From assembly GCA_963720985.1 (NCBI GenBank), contig CAVRHL010000001.1:166994-230993 (forward strand): 64,000 nt of DNA. Reading direction: 5' to 3'. Within the stretch, counting starts at the first letter, position 1, and the number at the start of each line of letters is the position of its first letter. Positions 21,902 through 32,659 of this stretch are shown one piece after another. Source of the stretch: an uncultured Alphaproteobacteria bacterium. GTDB taxonomy: Bacteria; Pseudomonadota; Alphaproteobacteria; Rhizobiales; Xanthobacteraceae. The notes beneath the pieces were generated by a model. The model worked only from the letters and a program-made list of their open reading frames with translations. It did not search any database and was not told the origin of the DNA. Position numbers and translations under genes: made by a program.

Positions 21902-21989
21902 CGTCATGGCCGGGCTTGTCCCGGCCATCCACGCCTTGGTTGCTGCGGTCCGTAAGGCGTGGATGCCCGGCACAAGGCCGGGCATGACG
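21902..21989. repeat. Complete Rhizobiales REP-like dyad element inside the catabolic operon
   Basis: CGTCATGGCCGGGCTTGTCCCGGCCATCCACGCCTT...AAGGCGTGGATGCCCGGCACAAGGCCGGGCATGACG: two inverted arms, each an internal hairpin. Confidence 0.85.
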
Positions 21990-21998
21990 CCTCCGGCG

Positions 21999-22340
21999 TC
22001 ACTTCGGCGGCATCGCCACCGCGACGACGATCGAACACACCTCGTTGCCGCGGTTGATGATCTCGCGCGTTTCGTTCGGCTCGATGACGCAGCAGTCGTT
22101 CGCCTTCAGCACCGTCTCCTTGCCGTTGACGATGACGGTCAACTCGCCGCGCAGCACGAAATAGACCTTCTCCGGCGGCGAGGCGTCCGGGCCGGCGCCG
22201 CCGCCGGGCAGGAAATGCGACAAGCCGCAAATGAGCCCTTTGGTGCCGCCGGCTTCGGCGCCGAACAGGCGCAGTGAGGTGCAGCCGCGGTGATTGGGCG
22301 CATCGTAAGCCTTGGCGTCGGCGAAACGTTTGACGTGCAT
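21999..22340 (-). CDS. Cupin-domain protein
   Basis: 113 aa starting MHVKRF; SHFLPGGGAG, EKVYFVLRGEL and IEPNETREIIN. Confidence 0.85.
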   Translation of the reverse strand: MHVKRFADAKAYDAPNHRGCTSLRLFGAEAGGTKGLICGLSHFLPGGGAGPDASPPEKVYFVLRGELTVIVNGKETVLKANDCCVIEPNETREIINRGNEVCSIVVAVAMPPK

Positions 22341-22345
22341 GGCGT

Positions 22346-23197
22346 TTATCCCTGCTTGAATGTCTTGCCGCGTTCGATGCGGAATTTCTGCGACGGATCG
22401 ACGATGGCGACCAGGCGCACGATGCAGCCATCGCCGCGATCCCAGTTCCAGGGAAAATAGGCGAAGGTGACGCGCTTGCCGGTGACCTTGTCGATGTCGC
22501 CGCCGACGTTCTCTATGCCCATGATGCCGTTCTTGAACAGGATGCGGTGCACCGGCTCCCATTCCGGGTGATCGTCCTTCCAGTCGCGGCCACCGGACCA
22601 TTCGCGATATTCCTCGGCAAGGTGAGGATGCAGCGGTCCGTTGCGGTGCGGGCCAATGGCGGTGGCGAGCGGATGATCGTTGGCCTGCGTATCGTGGCCG
22701 ACCACCTTGACCTTCTTCTTGACGAACCACTCGCCGGCCGACGGCACGAAGCCGGGCGCGCGGCAGAAATAGTCCTCCGAGTCCTCGTAGAACTTGTGCC
22801 AGCCGGTGTTGACAATCACCACGTCGCGCGGCCGCACGATCTTGCCGCAGGCTTTTTCAAGGTCGTCGCCAGTGATCGGCTCCCATTTCTCTTTCGGGAT
22901 CGACACCACGATACCGGAGCCGAAGAAATGCGGCAGCGGCACCTCGTCGATGAAGGGCGTGCCCTGGATCACGTGCGCCGGCGCGTCGATATGGGTGGTG
23001 TTGTGCATCGAGGTGGTGATGCGTTGCGACAGCACCCCCGACTTCGCCATGTAGTGGATACGCTCGATCTTGACGTCCTCGAAGTACGGCCAGTTCGGCG
23101 ACTGATAGCCGAAGCGATGGGACAGGTTGTAGAACTCCAGCCCCATGCTGTTCTTGAGGTTTTCTTCGAACATCACGCCGCGAATTCGTTTTGCCAC
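22346..23197 (-). CDS. Metal-dependent cyclase-family hydrolase (KynB fold; candidate dihydrophloroglucinol cyclohydrolase)
   Basis: MHNTTHIDAPAH metal motif, NTGWH and GIENV. GGAGG RBS before GTG. Confidence 0.88.
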   Translation of the reverse strand: MAKRIRGVMFEENLKNSMGLEFYNLSHRFGYQSPNWPYFEDVKIERIHYMAKSGVLSQRITTSMHNTTHIDAPAHVIQGTPFIDEVPLPHFFGSGIVVSIPKEKWEPITGDDLEKACGKIVRPRDVVIVNTGWHKFYEDSEDYFCRAPGFVPSAGEWFVKKKVKVVGHDTQANDHPLATAIGPHRNGPLHPHLAEEYREWSGGRDWKDDHPEWEPVHRILFKNGIMGIENVGGDIDKVTGKRVTFAYFPWNWDRGDGCIVRLVAIVDPSQKFRIERGKTFKQG

Positions 23198-23253
23198 GGC
23201 ATCCTCCCTTAGTTTCGTTTCGCGTGTTTCGATCGGTGTCGCCGCGGCGTCGT

Positions 23254-24024
23254 TCAGGCCGCGGCGGAATTCATATGCATCTCCATGGCGCGCTTGGTGG
23301 CGAGCAGTCGTTCGGCGATCAGCGCCTGCTGGTCCAGGAAGCGCTGGCTCGGCACCGGCACCGAAATGGCGACGGCATTGCCGAGCGGATCCTGCAGGGC
23401 GACGCCGGCGGCGCAGATGCCGAGCGTGTGTTCTTCACGATCGAAGGCGACGCCGCTGCGGCGCGCCACTTTGATGTCCGCCAGCAGCGTATCGAAACGG
23501 GTGTGCGTCTTCGGCGTGCGCGCTTCGTACGTGCGTCCGATCAACGTCTCGATGGCCGGATCGCTAAGTTGCGCCAGATAGGCCTTGCCGTTGGCGGTGC
23601 AGTAGAGCGGAAAGGTCTCGCCCACCGCCGACACCGTGCGCAGGCGCTGCGGGCCGATCACCTGGTCGATGAACACCAGATGGTCCTTGCCGACGGTCGA
23701 GAGGTCCACGGTCTCGTGCAGTTCCTCGCTCAGGCGCTCGAGGTACGGCCGCGCCAGCGCGATGAAATCGCTGCGCACCGAAGCGGCGAGCCGCAGGATG
23801 GTCGGCCCGAGGCGCACGCGGCCGTTGGGCGTTGCCGCGATCACCAGCTTTTCGGTTTCCAGCGCGGCGACGATGCGCTGAACGGTCGAGCGCGCCAGAT
23901 TTACCCGTTGGGCAATTTGGCCGAGGCTCAGGCCGGCATTCTCGTGTTCCAGCGCGCGCAAGATCGTGGCGGCGCGCGCGATCACCTGCACCTGGCTCTT
24001 GTCGTTGGTGACGTGGCGGTTCAT
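23254..24024 (-). CDS. IclR-family transcriptional regulator of the catabolic cluster
   Basis: VQVIARAATILRAL HTH, YCTANGKA and DREEHTLGICA. Confidence 0.92.
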   Translation of the reverse strand: MNRHVTNDKSQVQVIARAATILRALEHENAGLSLGQIAQRVNLARSTVQRIVAALETEKLVIAATPNGRVRLGPTILRLAASVRSDFIALARPYLERLSEELHETVDLSTVGKDHLVFIDQVIGPQRLRTVSAVGETFPLYCTANGKAYLAQLSDPAIETLIGRTYEARTPKTHTRFDTLLADIKVARRSGVAFDREEHTLGICAAGVALQDPLGNAVAISVPVPSQRFLDQQALIAERLLATKRAMEMHMNSAAA

Positions 24025-24071
24025 CGACAACAACTCGACACTGACGCGGCGGCCGGCCCGCCTTGCATGAT

Positions 24072-24099
24072 GGTACACGTTAGCCCAATATGCGGTACA
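24072..24099. promoter_or_regulatory. Possible IclR operator in the divergent promoter
   Basis: GGTACA occurs twice, 22 bp apart (24072 and 24094), between the divergent IclR and decarboxylase genes. Confidence 0.3.
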
Positions 24100-24136
24100 G
24101 GTAAAAACGAAAAAACGTGACGGTTGAGGAAACTCC

Positions 24137-25081
24137 ATGGTGAAAAAGATCGCGCTCGAGGAGCACTTCATCGATCCTGCCACCGAGGCCTATTGGCGGC
24201 CGACCATGGTCGACGTGGCACCGGCCAAGACCGCTCAACTCTATGCGGCGCTGACTGATTTCGGCGAGCGACGGCTGGCGATGATGGACAAGACCGGCAT
24301 CGCCCGCGCGGTGCTGGCGATCGCCGGCCCCGGCGTGCAGGCGGAGCACGATACCGCGACCGCTATCCGCAACGCGCGGGCCTCGAACGATTTTCTCGCC
24401 AAGGAAGTACAGAAGAAGCCCGACCGCTATTCGGGCTTCGCCCATCTGGCGATGCAGGACGCCAAGGCCGCGGCCGACGAACTGGAGCGCTGCATGCGCG
24501 ACCTCAAGTTCCTGGGCGCCATGATCGACGGGCACACCAACGGCAAATATCTCGACGACCGCTCCTACGATCCGTTCTGGGAACGCGCCGCGGCCTTGGG
24601 CGCGCCGATCTATCTGCATCCGGCCGATCCGCCGGCGCCGTTGAAGTCGATCGAAGGCTACAACGTGCTGGCGCGGCCGATGTGGGGCTGGGGCGTGGAG
24701 ACCGGCTCGCACGCGCTGCGCATCATCTGCGGCGGCGTTTTCCACCGTTACCCGAAGGCCAAGCTCATCCTCGGCCATCTCGGCGAGACGTTGCCGTTCC
24801 AGCTTTGGCGCTTCGACAGCCGCTCGGCGCCTTACGGCTGGAACCTGCCGAAGCCGCCGTCGCAATACCTCAAGGAGAATGTCTGGGTGACGACCTCCGG
24901 CATGTACGACCTCCCGCCGGTGCGCTGCTCACTCGACGCGCTGGGGCGCGACCACGTCATGTTCTCGGCCGACTATCCGTTCGACTGGCCGGGCTGCGAC
25001 TTCATCGACACGGTGCCGCTCGACGAGGGCCTGCGCGCCGATATCACCTACAACAACGCGGCGAAGCTGCTGGGGCTCTAA
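24137..25081 (+). CDS. Amidohydrolase-family non-oxidative aromatic acid decarboxylase (gamma-resorcylate / 2,3-dihydroxybenzoate decarboxylase-like)
   Basis: KIALEEHF (ExH metal ligands), IYLHP, LGHLGETLP and MFSADYPF. Confidence 0.88.
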   Translation: MVKKIALEEHFIDPATEAYWRPTMVDVAPAKTAQLYAALTDFGERRLAMMDKTGIARAVLAIAGPGVQAEHDTATAIRNARASNDFLAKEVQKKPDRYSGFAHLAMQDAKAAADELERCMRDLKFLGAMIDGHTNGKYLDDRSYDPFWERAAALGAPIYLHPADPPAPLKSIEGYNVLARPMWGWGVETGSHALRIICGGVFHRYPKAKLILGHLGETLPFQLWRFDSRSAPYGWNLPKPPSQYLKENVWVTTSGMYDLPPVRCSLDALGRDHVMFSADYPFDWPGCDFIDTVPLDEGLRADITYNNAAKLLGL

Positions 25082-25084
25082 AGC

Positions 25085-26050
25085 TCACTTCGCCTCGATC
25101 ACCCTGATCGGCTTGCCGTCGAGCCAGGCGCGGATGTCCTCGACCACGCCGGTGTAAAGCACACGGTAGTTCCGTTCGCTGACGTAGCCGAGATGCGGCG
25201 TGAGCATGACATTGTCCATCTTGCGGAACGGATGGTTGAGCGGCAGCGGCTCGACGTCGAACACGTCGAGGCCGGCGCCGGCGATCGACTTCGCGTTGAG
25301 CGCCGCGATCAGCGCCTTTTCGTCGACGATCGGCCCGCGCGAGGTGTTGATGAGGTAGGCGGACTTCTTCATCAGCCCGAGCTCGTGCGCGCCGACCAGG
25401 CCGCGCGAGCGCTCGCCGAGCACCACATGAATGGTGAGGACGTCGGCGTTGCGGAACAGGTCGTCCTTCGAAACGTAGTCGACGCCCGCCTCCTTCGCCT
25501 TGTCCGGCGTCAGGTTCGGGCTCCAGGCGACGACCCTCATGCCGAGCGCCTTGGCGATGGTTGCGACGCGCTGGCCGAGCTTGCCGAGGCCCAGCGTGCC
25601 GAGCGTCTTGCCTTCCACATCGTCTCCCATGGTGATCTGCCACGGCGCCCCGGCTTTCATGCGGGCGTTCTCGAAGCCGATGCGGCGGGTCAATTCCAGC
25701 ATCAGGCCGATGGCGATCGAGGCTGTCGGGTTGCCGAAGCCGCCGGTGCCGCAGACCGGAATGCCGCACTCGGCCGCCGCCTTGACGTCGAAGGAATTGT
25801 TGCGGGCGCCGGTGGTGATCAAGAGCTTCAGGTCGGGCAGCGCCTCGATCACCTTGCGCGGGAAGGGGGTGCGCTCGCGCATGCCGACGATGATGGCGAA
25901 GCCCTGCAGCGCCTTGATCGCCGCGTCGGGGCCAGCGAACGGCTTGTCGAACACGGTGATGTCGACGTCTTTGGCGACCGGCGACCAGTCGGCAAGTTTC
26001 AACGCGACGTTCTGATAATCGTCGAGGATGGCTGCCTTGACCATACGCAC
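25085..26050 (-). CDS. D-2-hydroxyacid dehydrogenase
   Basis: AILDDYQ, MRERTPF, GLGKLG, INTSRG and TPHLGY. Confidence 0.92.
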   Translation of the reverse strand: MRMVKAAILDDYQNVALKLADWSPVAKDVDITVFDKPFAGPDAAIKALQGFAIIVGMRERTPFPRKVIEALPDLKLLITTGARNNSFDVKAAAECGIPVCGTGGFGNPTASIAIGLMLELTRRIGFENARMKAGAPWQITMGDDVEGKTLGTLGLGKLGQRVATIAKALGMRVVAWSPNLTPDKAKEAGVDYVSKDDLFRNADVLTIHVVLGERSRGLVGAHELGLMKKSAYLINTSRGPIVDEKALIAALNAKSIAGAGLDVFDVEPLPLNHPFRKMDNVMLTPHLGYVSERNYRVLYTGVVEDIRAWLDGKPIRVIEAK

Positions 26051-26124
26051 GAGCTCCTTGCTTGCACCCGGACAAGTTCCGGGCGCGACAATTTAGAGCC
26101 GGTCGGTCGAAAAGATAGGGGGTA

Positions 26125-26322
26125 TCAGAGCGGGGGCAGGCCGTGCTTAGCGCGGTATTTCGGGCCGGGGCCGCGCATGTAATGACGCTCGGGGCGATAG
26201 GGGCCGCCCATGTCGCGGGTCAGTTCCTGCCAGAAGGCGATGAGCGCCGGCTTGAGCAGGGCAAAGGGACGCGGCAGCAGGGAAATTGCCGAACCGGAAA
26301 ATGCTGCAATCGCTCGTCCCAT
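26125..26322 (-). CDS. Small hypothetical protein with YRPERHYMRGPGPK motif
   Basis: Motif recognised from small Nitrobacteraceae proteins. Start MGRAI follows GGGAAGG. Confidence 0.6.
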   Translation of the reverse strand: MGRAIAAFSGSAISLLPRPFALLKPALIAFWQELTRDMGGPYRPERHYMRGPGPKYRAKHGLPPL

Positions 26323-26500
26323 CGTGCCTTCCCCACCGTCTCGCGGGCGCCTGACGCCCATTGATCCCTCTGTCGCCCGTCGCGACGCCGAGGTTCACGC
26401 CGGACAACCATGACGCGCCAACCGTTAACAAGCCGTAGGCGAACGACCGTCGTCCGCCGAAATTGCGATTAGCGTTTCCAAAATTTTACCGCACGGCCGC

Positions 26501-26522
26501 TTGACCGTTTGCGCCAGGTCAA
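26501..26522. promoter_or_regulatory. Inverted repeat containing a FixK/Fnr-like box
   Basis: TTGACC-N10-GGTCAA, containing TTGC-N6-TCAA at 26509-26522. It lies between the divergent small gene and ettA. Confidence 0.3.
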
Positions 26523-26736
26523 AAACTTAGGGCTTCCCCGGATAAGGACTTGTCCGGATCGGCCGGCGCTCGCGGTATCGGATGACCCGCGACGTCAGCG
26601 GGGCAGCGTCGGCGACCGGCGCCGCGGTCCGGCGGTATCACGACCCTTGCCCTTTGCGCCGCCCGCCGCTACATGAGCGGCAACTTCCCGACATTTGGCG
26701 CCGAATGCGCGTTTCCGCGAGGAGGCAGGTCGATCA

Positions 26737-28389
<1,653 letters not shown>

Positions 28390-28956
28390 ATGCGGTATCT
28401 CGTCGCCAGCGGCTTGCGCGCCGCCGATCTGCCGACCGGCTGCCGCGTCGTCGCCGACGGCGAGGCGGTGTCGCTGGAACAGCCGTGGAGCTTCGGCGCG
28501 CCGCTGATCGCGCAGGTCGATGACGGCGCCGACCTCGATGCCCTCAAATCGAAGCCCGGCGTCACCGCATTCACGGTCGAGGGGGCTTTGCCGCCGGGCG
28601 AGGGCAAGGCCTTCGCCATCGGCGCGCACAAAATGCGCGACGCCGAGGCCTTTAAGCCCTACATCGCTCGCGTGCCCGAGGTCATCGCGCCCTATAGCTG
28701 CCGTTACATCGCGCGCGGCGGCGCGGTCACCCCGCTCTGTGGCGCGTTCACGCCCGACCGGCTGGTGCTGATGGAATTCCCCAGCGCCGACGATGTCGTG
28801 GCGTTCTATTTTTCCGACGCCTATGCGCCGCTGCTGCGCATCCGGCTGACCGCGACCGAGCCGCGTTTTGTCCTGATGATGCGCTCCGGCGCACTGCCGG
28901 ACTCGGCGCGGCGCGCGGTCGCCGACGGTCTGGCTCGCGGCCGCGCGAGCCTTTAG
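28390..28956 (+). CDS. DUF1330-domain protein with N-terminal extension
   Basis: YIARGG, RLVLMEFPS and FYFSDAYAP. Abuts the ettA stop. Confidence 0.75.
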   Translation: MRYLVASGLRAADLPTGCRVVADGEAVSLEQPWSFGAPLIAQVDDGADLDALKSKPGVTAFTVEGALPPGEGKAFAIGAHKMRDAEAFKPYIARVPEVIAPYSCRYIARGGAVTPLCGAFTPDRLVLMEFPSADDVVAFYFSDAYAPLLRIRLTATEPRFVLMMRSGALPDSARRAVADGLARGRASL

Positions 28957-28979
28957 TCTGGCGCCGAACCGCAGCCCGA

Positions 28980-31349
28980 ATGCAGGACAACGCCACGATG
29001 AACAAGCCGCTGCGCGCGTCGGCAAAGCCGTTCCGCCTCGAAGAGGCGACCATCGCCGAATTGCACGCGGCGATCAGAGCCGGCGAGACGACCGTGGCCG
29101 AGGTCGTGCGGAATTATCTCGCCCGCGTGCGCGCCTATAACGGCGTCTGCAGCATGCTGGTGACGCCCGACGGCGCTCCGGTCGCGAAGGCGCAAGGCGT
29201 GGTGCGCGCCGGTGCGCCACTGGAATTCCCGACGCAAACGGTGCCGGCCTCGAGCATCCTGCCCGATCTCGACAAGTACAAAGGCCCGCCGCTCGAATAC
29301 GGCCGTATGGAAGCGACCGCCTCCAAGCCCGACGTGCAGCAGCAGTTCGGCATGATCGTCGGCGTTCCCGATGCCGGCCAGCTCAACGCGCTCGGCACGC
29401 TCAATATTCGCGGCGAGCGCTCGGTCACCTGCTGGGGCGAGTTCGACAAGCATCCTTCGCTCGGCCCGCTGCCGCCGGGCGCGCCGCCGGTGTGCGAATT
29501 CTTCCGCCAACAGCACGACGCGCTGGAGCGCGCCGTCGAGCTCGACAAGGAATTCGGCTGCAACCCCGACCTCGACAAGATGCCGATGTACGGCGTCGTG
29601 TTCGCCTTCAAGGACCCGTTCGACACCACGGACATGCGCTCCACCGGCGGGGGCGACGCCGCCTACGACATCGATTTCCCGGCGCGCGACCATGTGCTGG
29701 TCGAGCAGCTGCGCAACAAGGGCGCGATCATCTTCGCCAAGGCGGTCAACACCGAATATAACGGCCGCGCCGGCGATCCGGGCGGCCGCCACAAGCCGGA
29801 CAAGGTGCTGCCGTCGACACTCGGCTACCAGCGCAGCACCTGGGCCGGCAATCCGTCCAACCCTTACGATACGACGCGCTCGGCTTCGCTCGGCTCGAGC
29901 TCGGGCTCCGGCGTCTCGGTCAGCGCCAACCTGGTGATGGCGGCGCTCGGCGAGGAGACGCGGGCGTCCTGCCGCGGCCCGTCCAACCACAACGCGGTGG
30001 CGCTGATCCTGCCGCACAAGTCGATGCTAGGCTTCGATGGCGGCGCGATCGGCGCCGACATCTATTGCGACCGCTCCGGCATCCATGCGCGCAAAATCGA
30101 GGACTGCGCCAAGATTCTCGACGCCCTCAAGGACCCGGTCGATGGCTACTACGACCCGCGCGATCCCTACACCACGGTGCCGCGCGCGTCGGTGCTGAGC
30201 ACGCCCTATGCGGATCACGCCAAGGTCGCGGGCGCCCAGGGTGCCCTCAAAGGAATTCGTCTCGGCGTGATCCGCGAATCGATGACGATTCCGCCCGGCT
30301 CGAAGGCCGAGGAGCCGATCGTCGGCGCGGCGACGAAGGAAATCAAAAATGTGCTCGGCGCGCACCTCGGCGTCACGCTGGTAGAGTCCGGCGACCCGCT
30401 GTGGACGCCGGATGCCGAACTCGAGCCGATGAAGACCGACTTCCGCGCGGCGCTGGCGCGGCTGGTGCCGGTCTTCATGCCCGACCTGCTGTTCCGGCTG
30501 AAGGCGGACGGCACGCCGGTGTTTCCCGATTTCGCCGCGGCCATCGTGCCGACCGAGTTCATGCCGGGAAAAATCTTCGGCTCCGGCACCATGCAGCCGA
30601 TCGACTATTGCGTCGCCATGGCGGATGGGCGGATCGCGCCGCCGAAAAATCTCGACCTCGCCACCATCCAGAATCAGGAGATGGCGATGGCGTTCCGCTT
30701 TCATATCGCGCAGTACCTGAGCCGGCGCGCCGCCGACTGGCAGGCGCGTGGGCCGCGCGAGACTCTAGCCGATTGGGCCGCGCTCAATGCGCGCTCGAAA
30801 TTCTGGGGCGACGATCAGCGCGCGGCCTTCAAGAATTGGGAGGAGGTGGCCGATCCGCGCAACCCACTTGGGTCGCGGCAGGGCGTCAACGAGCGCATCA
30901 TGCTGCGCGAGCTGCTGCGCCGCGTCGACATGATGGTGATTCTGGAAAACAAGCTCGACGCGCTGGTGCGGCTGCACACGCCGTGGCCGCCGGGGCTGAT
31001 CGGGCAAGCTTATCAATACAATATCGCCAGCAATCTGAGCCCGGAGTCGCTATCCGGCCCGAACGCCGGGCTGACCGAGGTGCTGATCCCGGCGGGCTAT
31101 GTCACGACGGTCTACGATCCGGTGTACCAGCTGACGCCGGACGGCATGCGCTATGTCTCCAAGGCGTCCGACACGCCGACGACGATTGCCGCGCCGGGCT
31201 TGCCGTTCTCTTTGGTGTTCCGCGCCGAACCGGGCAGGGAAGACAGCCTGCTGCGCATCGCGTCGGCCTACGAAGCGGCGTCGCAGCGCCGCATCCCGCC
31301 GCCCGCCTTCGGCCCGCTGCCGGTGGAACAACGCGCCCAATCGGACTAG
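28980..31349 (+). CDS. Large amidase-signature family protein
   Basis: FRLEEATIAELH, FKDPFDT (Lys), GSSSGS (cis-Ser), GEETRASCRGP (nucleophile Ser) and LLRIASAYE. Confidence 0.88.
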   Translation: MQDNATMNKPLRASAKPFRLEEATIAELHAAIRAGETTVAEVVRNYLARVRAYNGVCSMLVTPDGAPVAKAQGVVRAGAPLEFPTQTVPASSILPDLDKYKGPPLEYGRMEATASKPDVQQQFGMIVGVPDAGQLNALGTLNIRGERSVTCWGEFDKHPSLGPLPPGAPPVCEFFRQQHDALERAVELDKEFGCNPDLDKMPMYGVVFAFKDPFDTTDMRSTGGGDAAYDIDFPARDHVLVEQLRNKGAIIFAKAVNTEYNGRAGDPGGRHKPDKVLPSTLGYQRSTWAGNPSNPYDTTRSASLGSSSGSGVSVSANLVMAALGEETRASCRGPSNHNAVALILPHKSMLGFDGGAIGADIYCDRSGIHARKIEDCAKILDALKDPVDGYYDPRDPYTTVPRASVLSTPYADHAKVAGAQGALKGIRLGVIRESMTIPPGSKAEEPIVGAATKEIKNVLGAHLGVTLVESGDPLWTPDAELEPMKTDFRAALARLVPVFMPDLLFRLKADGTPVFPDFAAAIVPTEFMPGKIFGSGTMQPIDYCVAMADGRIAPPKNLDLATIQNQEMAMAFRFHIAQYLSRRAADWQARGPRETLADWAALNARSKFWGDDQRAAFKNWEEVADPRNPLGSRQGVNERIMLRELLRRVDMMVILENKLDALVRLHTPWPPGLIGQAYQYNIASNLSPESLSGPNAGLTEVLIPAGYVTTVYDPVYQLTPDGMRYVSKASDTPTTIAAPGLPFSLVFRAEPGREDSLLRIASAYEAASQRRIPPPAFGPLPVEQRAQSD

Positions 31350-31358
31350 CGTTCGGGC

Positions 31359-32567
31359 ATGATTCGACGCGTCATTATCGCCGCCGCGTGGCTGCTATTT
31401 CTGATCGCTTCGGCAAATGCCGACGCCGCATTCCAACAATGGCTGCAGGCCCTGTGGCCGCAGGCGCACGAACTCGGCGTCACCCGCGCGACCTTCGACG
31501 CCGGCATCCGCGGGCTCGAACCCAATTATGCGCTGCCCGATCTGGCGCTGCCCGGCCGGCCGGAAAAGCAACCGCAGCAGCCGGAATTCGTGCAGACCCC
31601 GGCGCAATATCTACGCGAGCCGACGTTTCAGCGCCTCGCTGCGCAAGGCAAGAAATTTGCCGAGCAATATCGCGATACGCTGGCGCGCATCGAGAAGGAG
31701 TTCGGCGTCCCCGGCAACGTCGTGCTGGCAATCTGGGCGCGCGAGACCGATTACGGCTCGGAGCGCCAGCCCAACGACGCGCTGCAGGTACTGGCGACGC
31801 AAGCCTATGTCGGCAAGCGCAAGGACTTCTTCCGTAACGAATTCCTGCGCGCGTTGAAAATGCTGCAGGACGGCGTGCCGCGTGCAAACTTGCGCTCGTC
31901 CTGGGGCGGCGCCATGGGCCTAACCCAGTTCCTGCCGTCGGAATATTACAAATACGCCGTCGATTTCGACGGCGACGGCAAAGCCGACATCTGGCACTCG
32001 GTGCCGGACGCGCTCGCCTCGGCGGCCAAGCAGCTCAAGGACAAGGGCTGGCAGGCGGGCAAGCCCTGGGCGATCGAGGTGCGCGTGCCGGCCAGCGTCG
32101 ATTGTACCGTCGCCGAGCCGAGCCACGTGCTGCCGGTCGTCGAATGGCTCAAGCGCGGCTACATTCCGGCCTACGGACAGCGCTTGACCAAAACCGAACT
32201 CGCCGCCGACGCGTCCTTGCTCTTGCCGGAAGGCACCTACGGCCCGGCCTTCCTGACGCCGAAGAACTATTACGTCATCAAGGAATACAATTATTCGGAT
32301 CTCTACGTGCTGTTCGTCGGCCATCTCGCCGACCTGATCGGCGGCGGCAGGCCGTTCGAGCATCCGTGGAGCAAGAACGCGCAGCTCCACACCAAAGACG
32401 TGGAGTCGATGCAGCAGCGGCTGACTTCGCTCGGGCTCTACAGCGACAAGCTCGACGGCAAGGCCGGCATGCTGACGCGCGCGGCGCTTGGCGCCTATCA
32501 GAAGAAGAACGGGCTGAAGGTCGATTGCTGGCCGACCGCGGCGGTGCTCGACCACATGCGGCGCTAG
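31359..32567 (+). CDS. Lytic murein transglycosylase (MltB family) with C-terminal peptidoglycan-binding domain
   Basis: Signal peptide, AIWARETDYG, SSWGGAMGLTQFLPS, DFDGDGKADIW and DGKAGMLTR. Confidence 0.93.
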   Translation: MIRRVIIAAAWLLFLIASANADAAFQQWLQALWPQAHELGVTRATFDAGIRGLEPNYALPDLALPGRPEKQPQQPEFVQTPAQYLREPTFQRLAAQGKKFAEQYRDTLARIEKEFGVPGNVVLAIWARETDYGSERQPNDALQVLATQAYVGKRKDFFRNEFLRALKMLQDGVPRANLRSSWGGAMGLTQFLPSEYYKYAVDFDGDGKADIWHSVPDALASAAKQLKDKGWQAGKPWAIEVRVPASVDCTVAEPSHVLPVVEWLKRGYIPAYGQRLTKTELAADASLLLPEGTYGPAFLTPKNYYVIKEYNYSDLYVLFVGHLADLIGGGRPFEHPWSKNAQLHTKDVESMQQRLTSLGLYSDKLDGKAGMLTRAALGAYQKKNGLKVDCWPTAAVLDHMRR

Positions 32568-32600
32568 CCGCCCGCAAATGATCGCTCTACATAAACGTTA

Positions 32601-32630
32601 TCGCCGCGGCCACCGGAGCGGCCGCGGCGA
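32601..32630. terminator. GC hairpin between convergent genes
   Basis: TCGCCGCGGCC-loop-GGCCGCGGCGA. Confidence 0.55.
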
Positions 32631-32659
32631 AAAACTCGTCACCGGCAAGCGCGTGGCGC

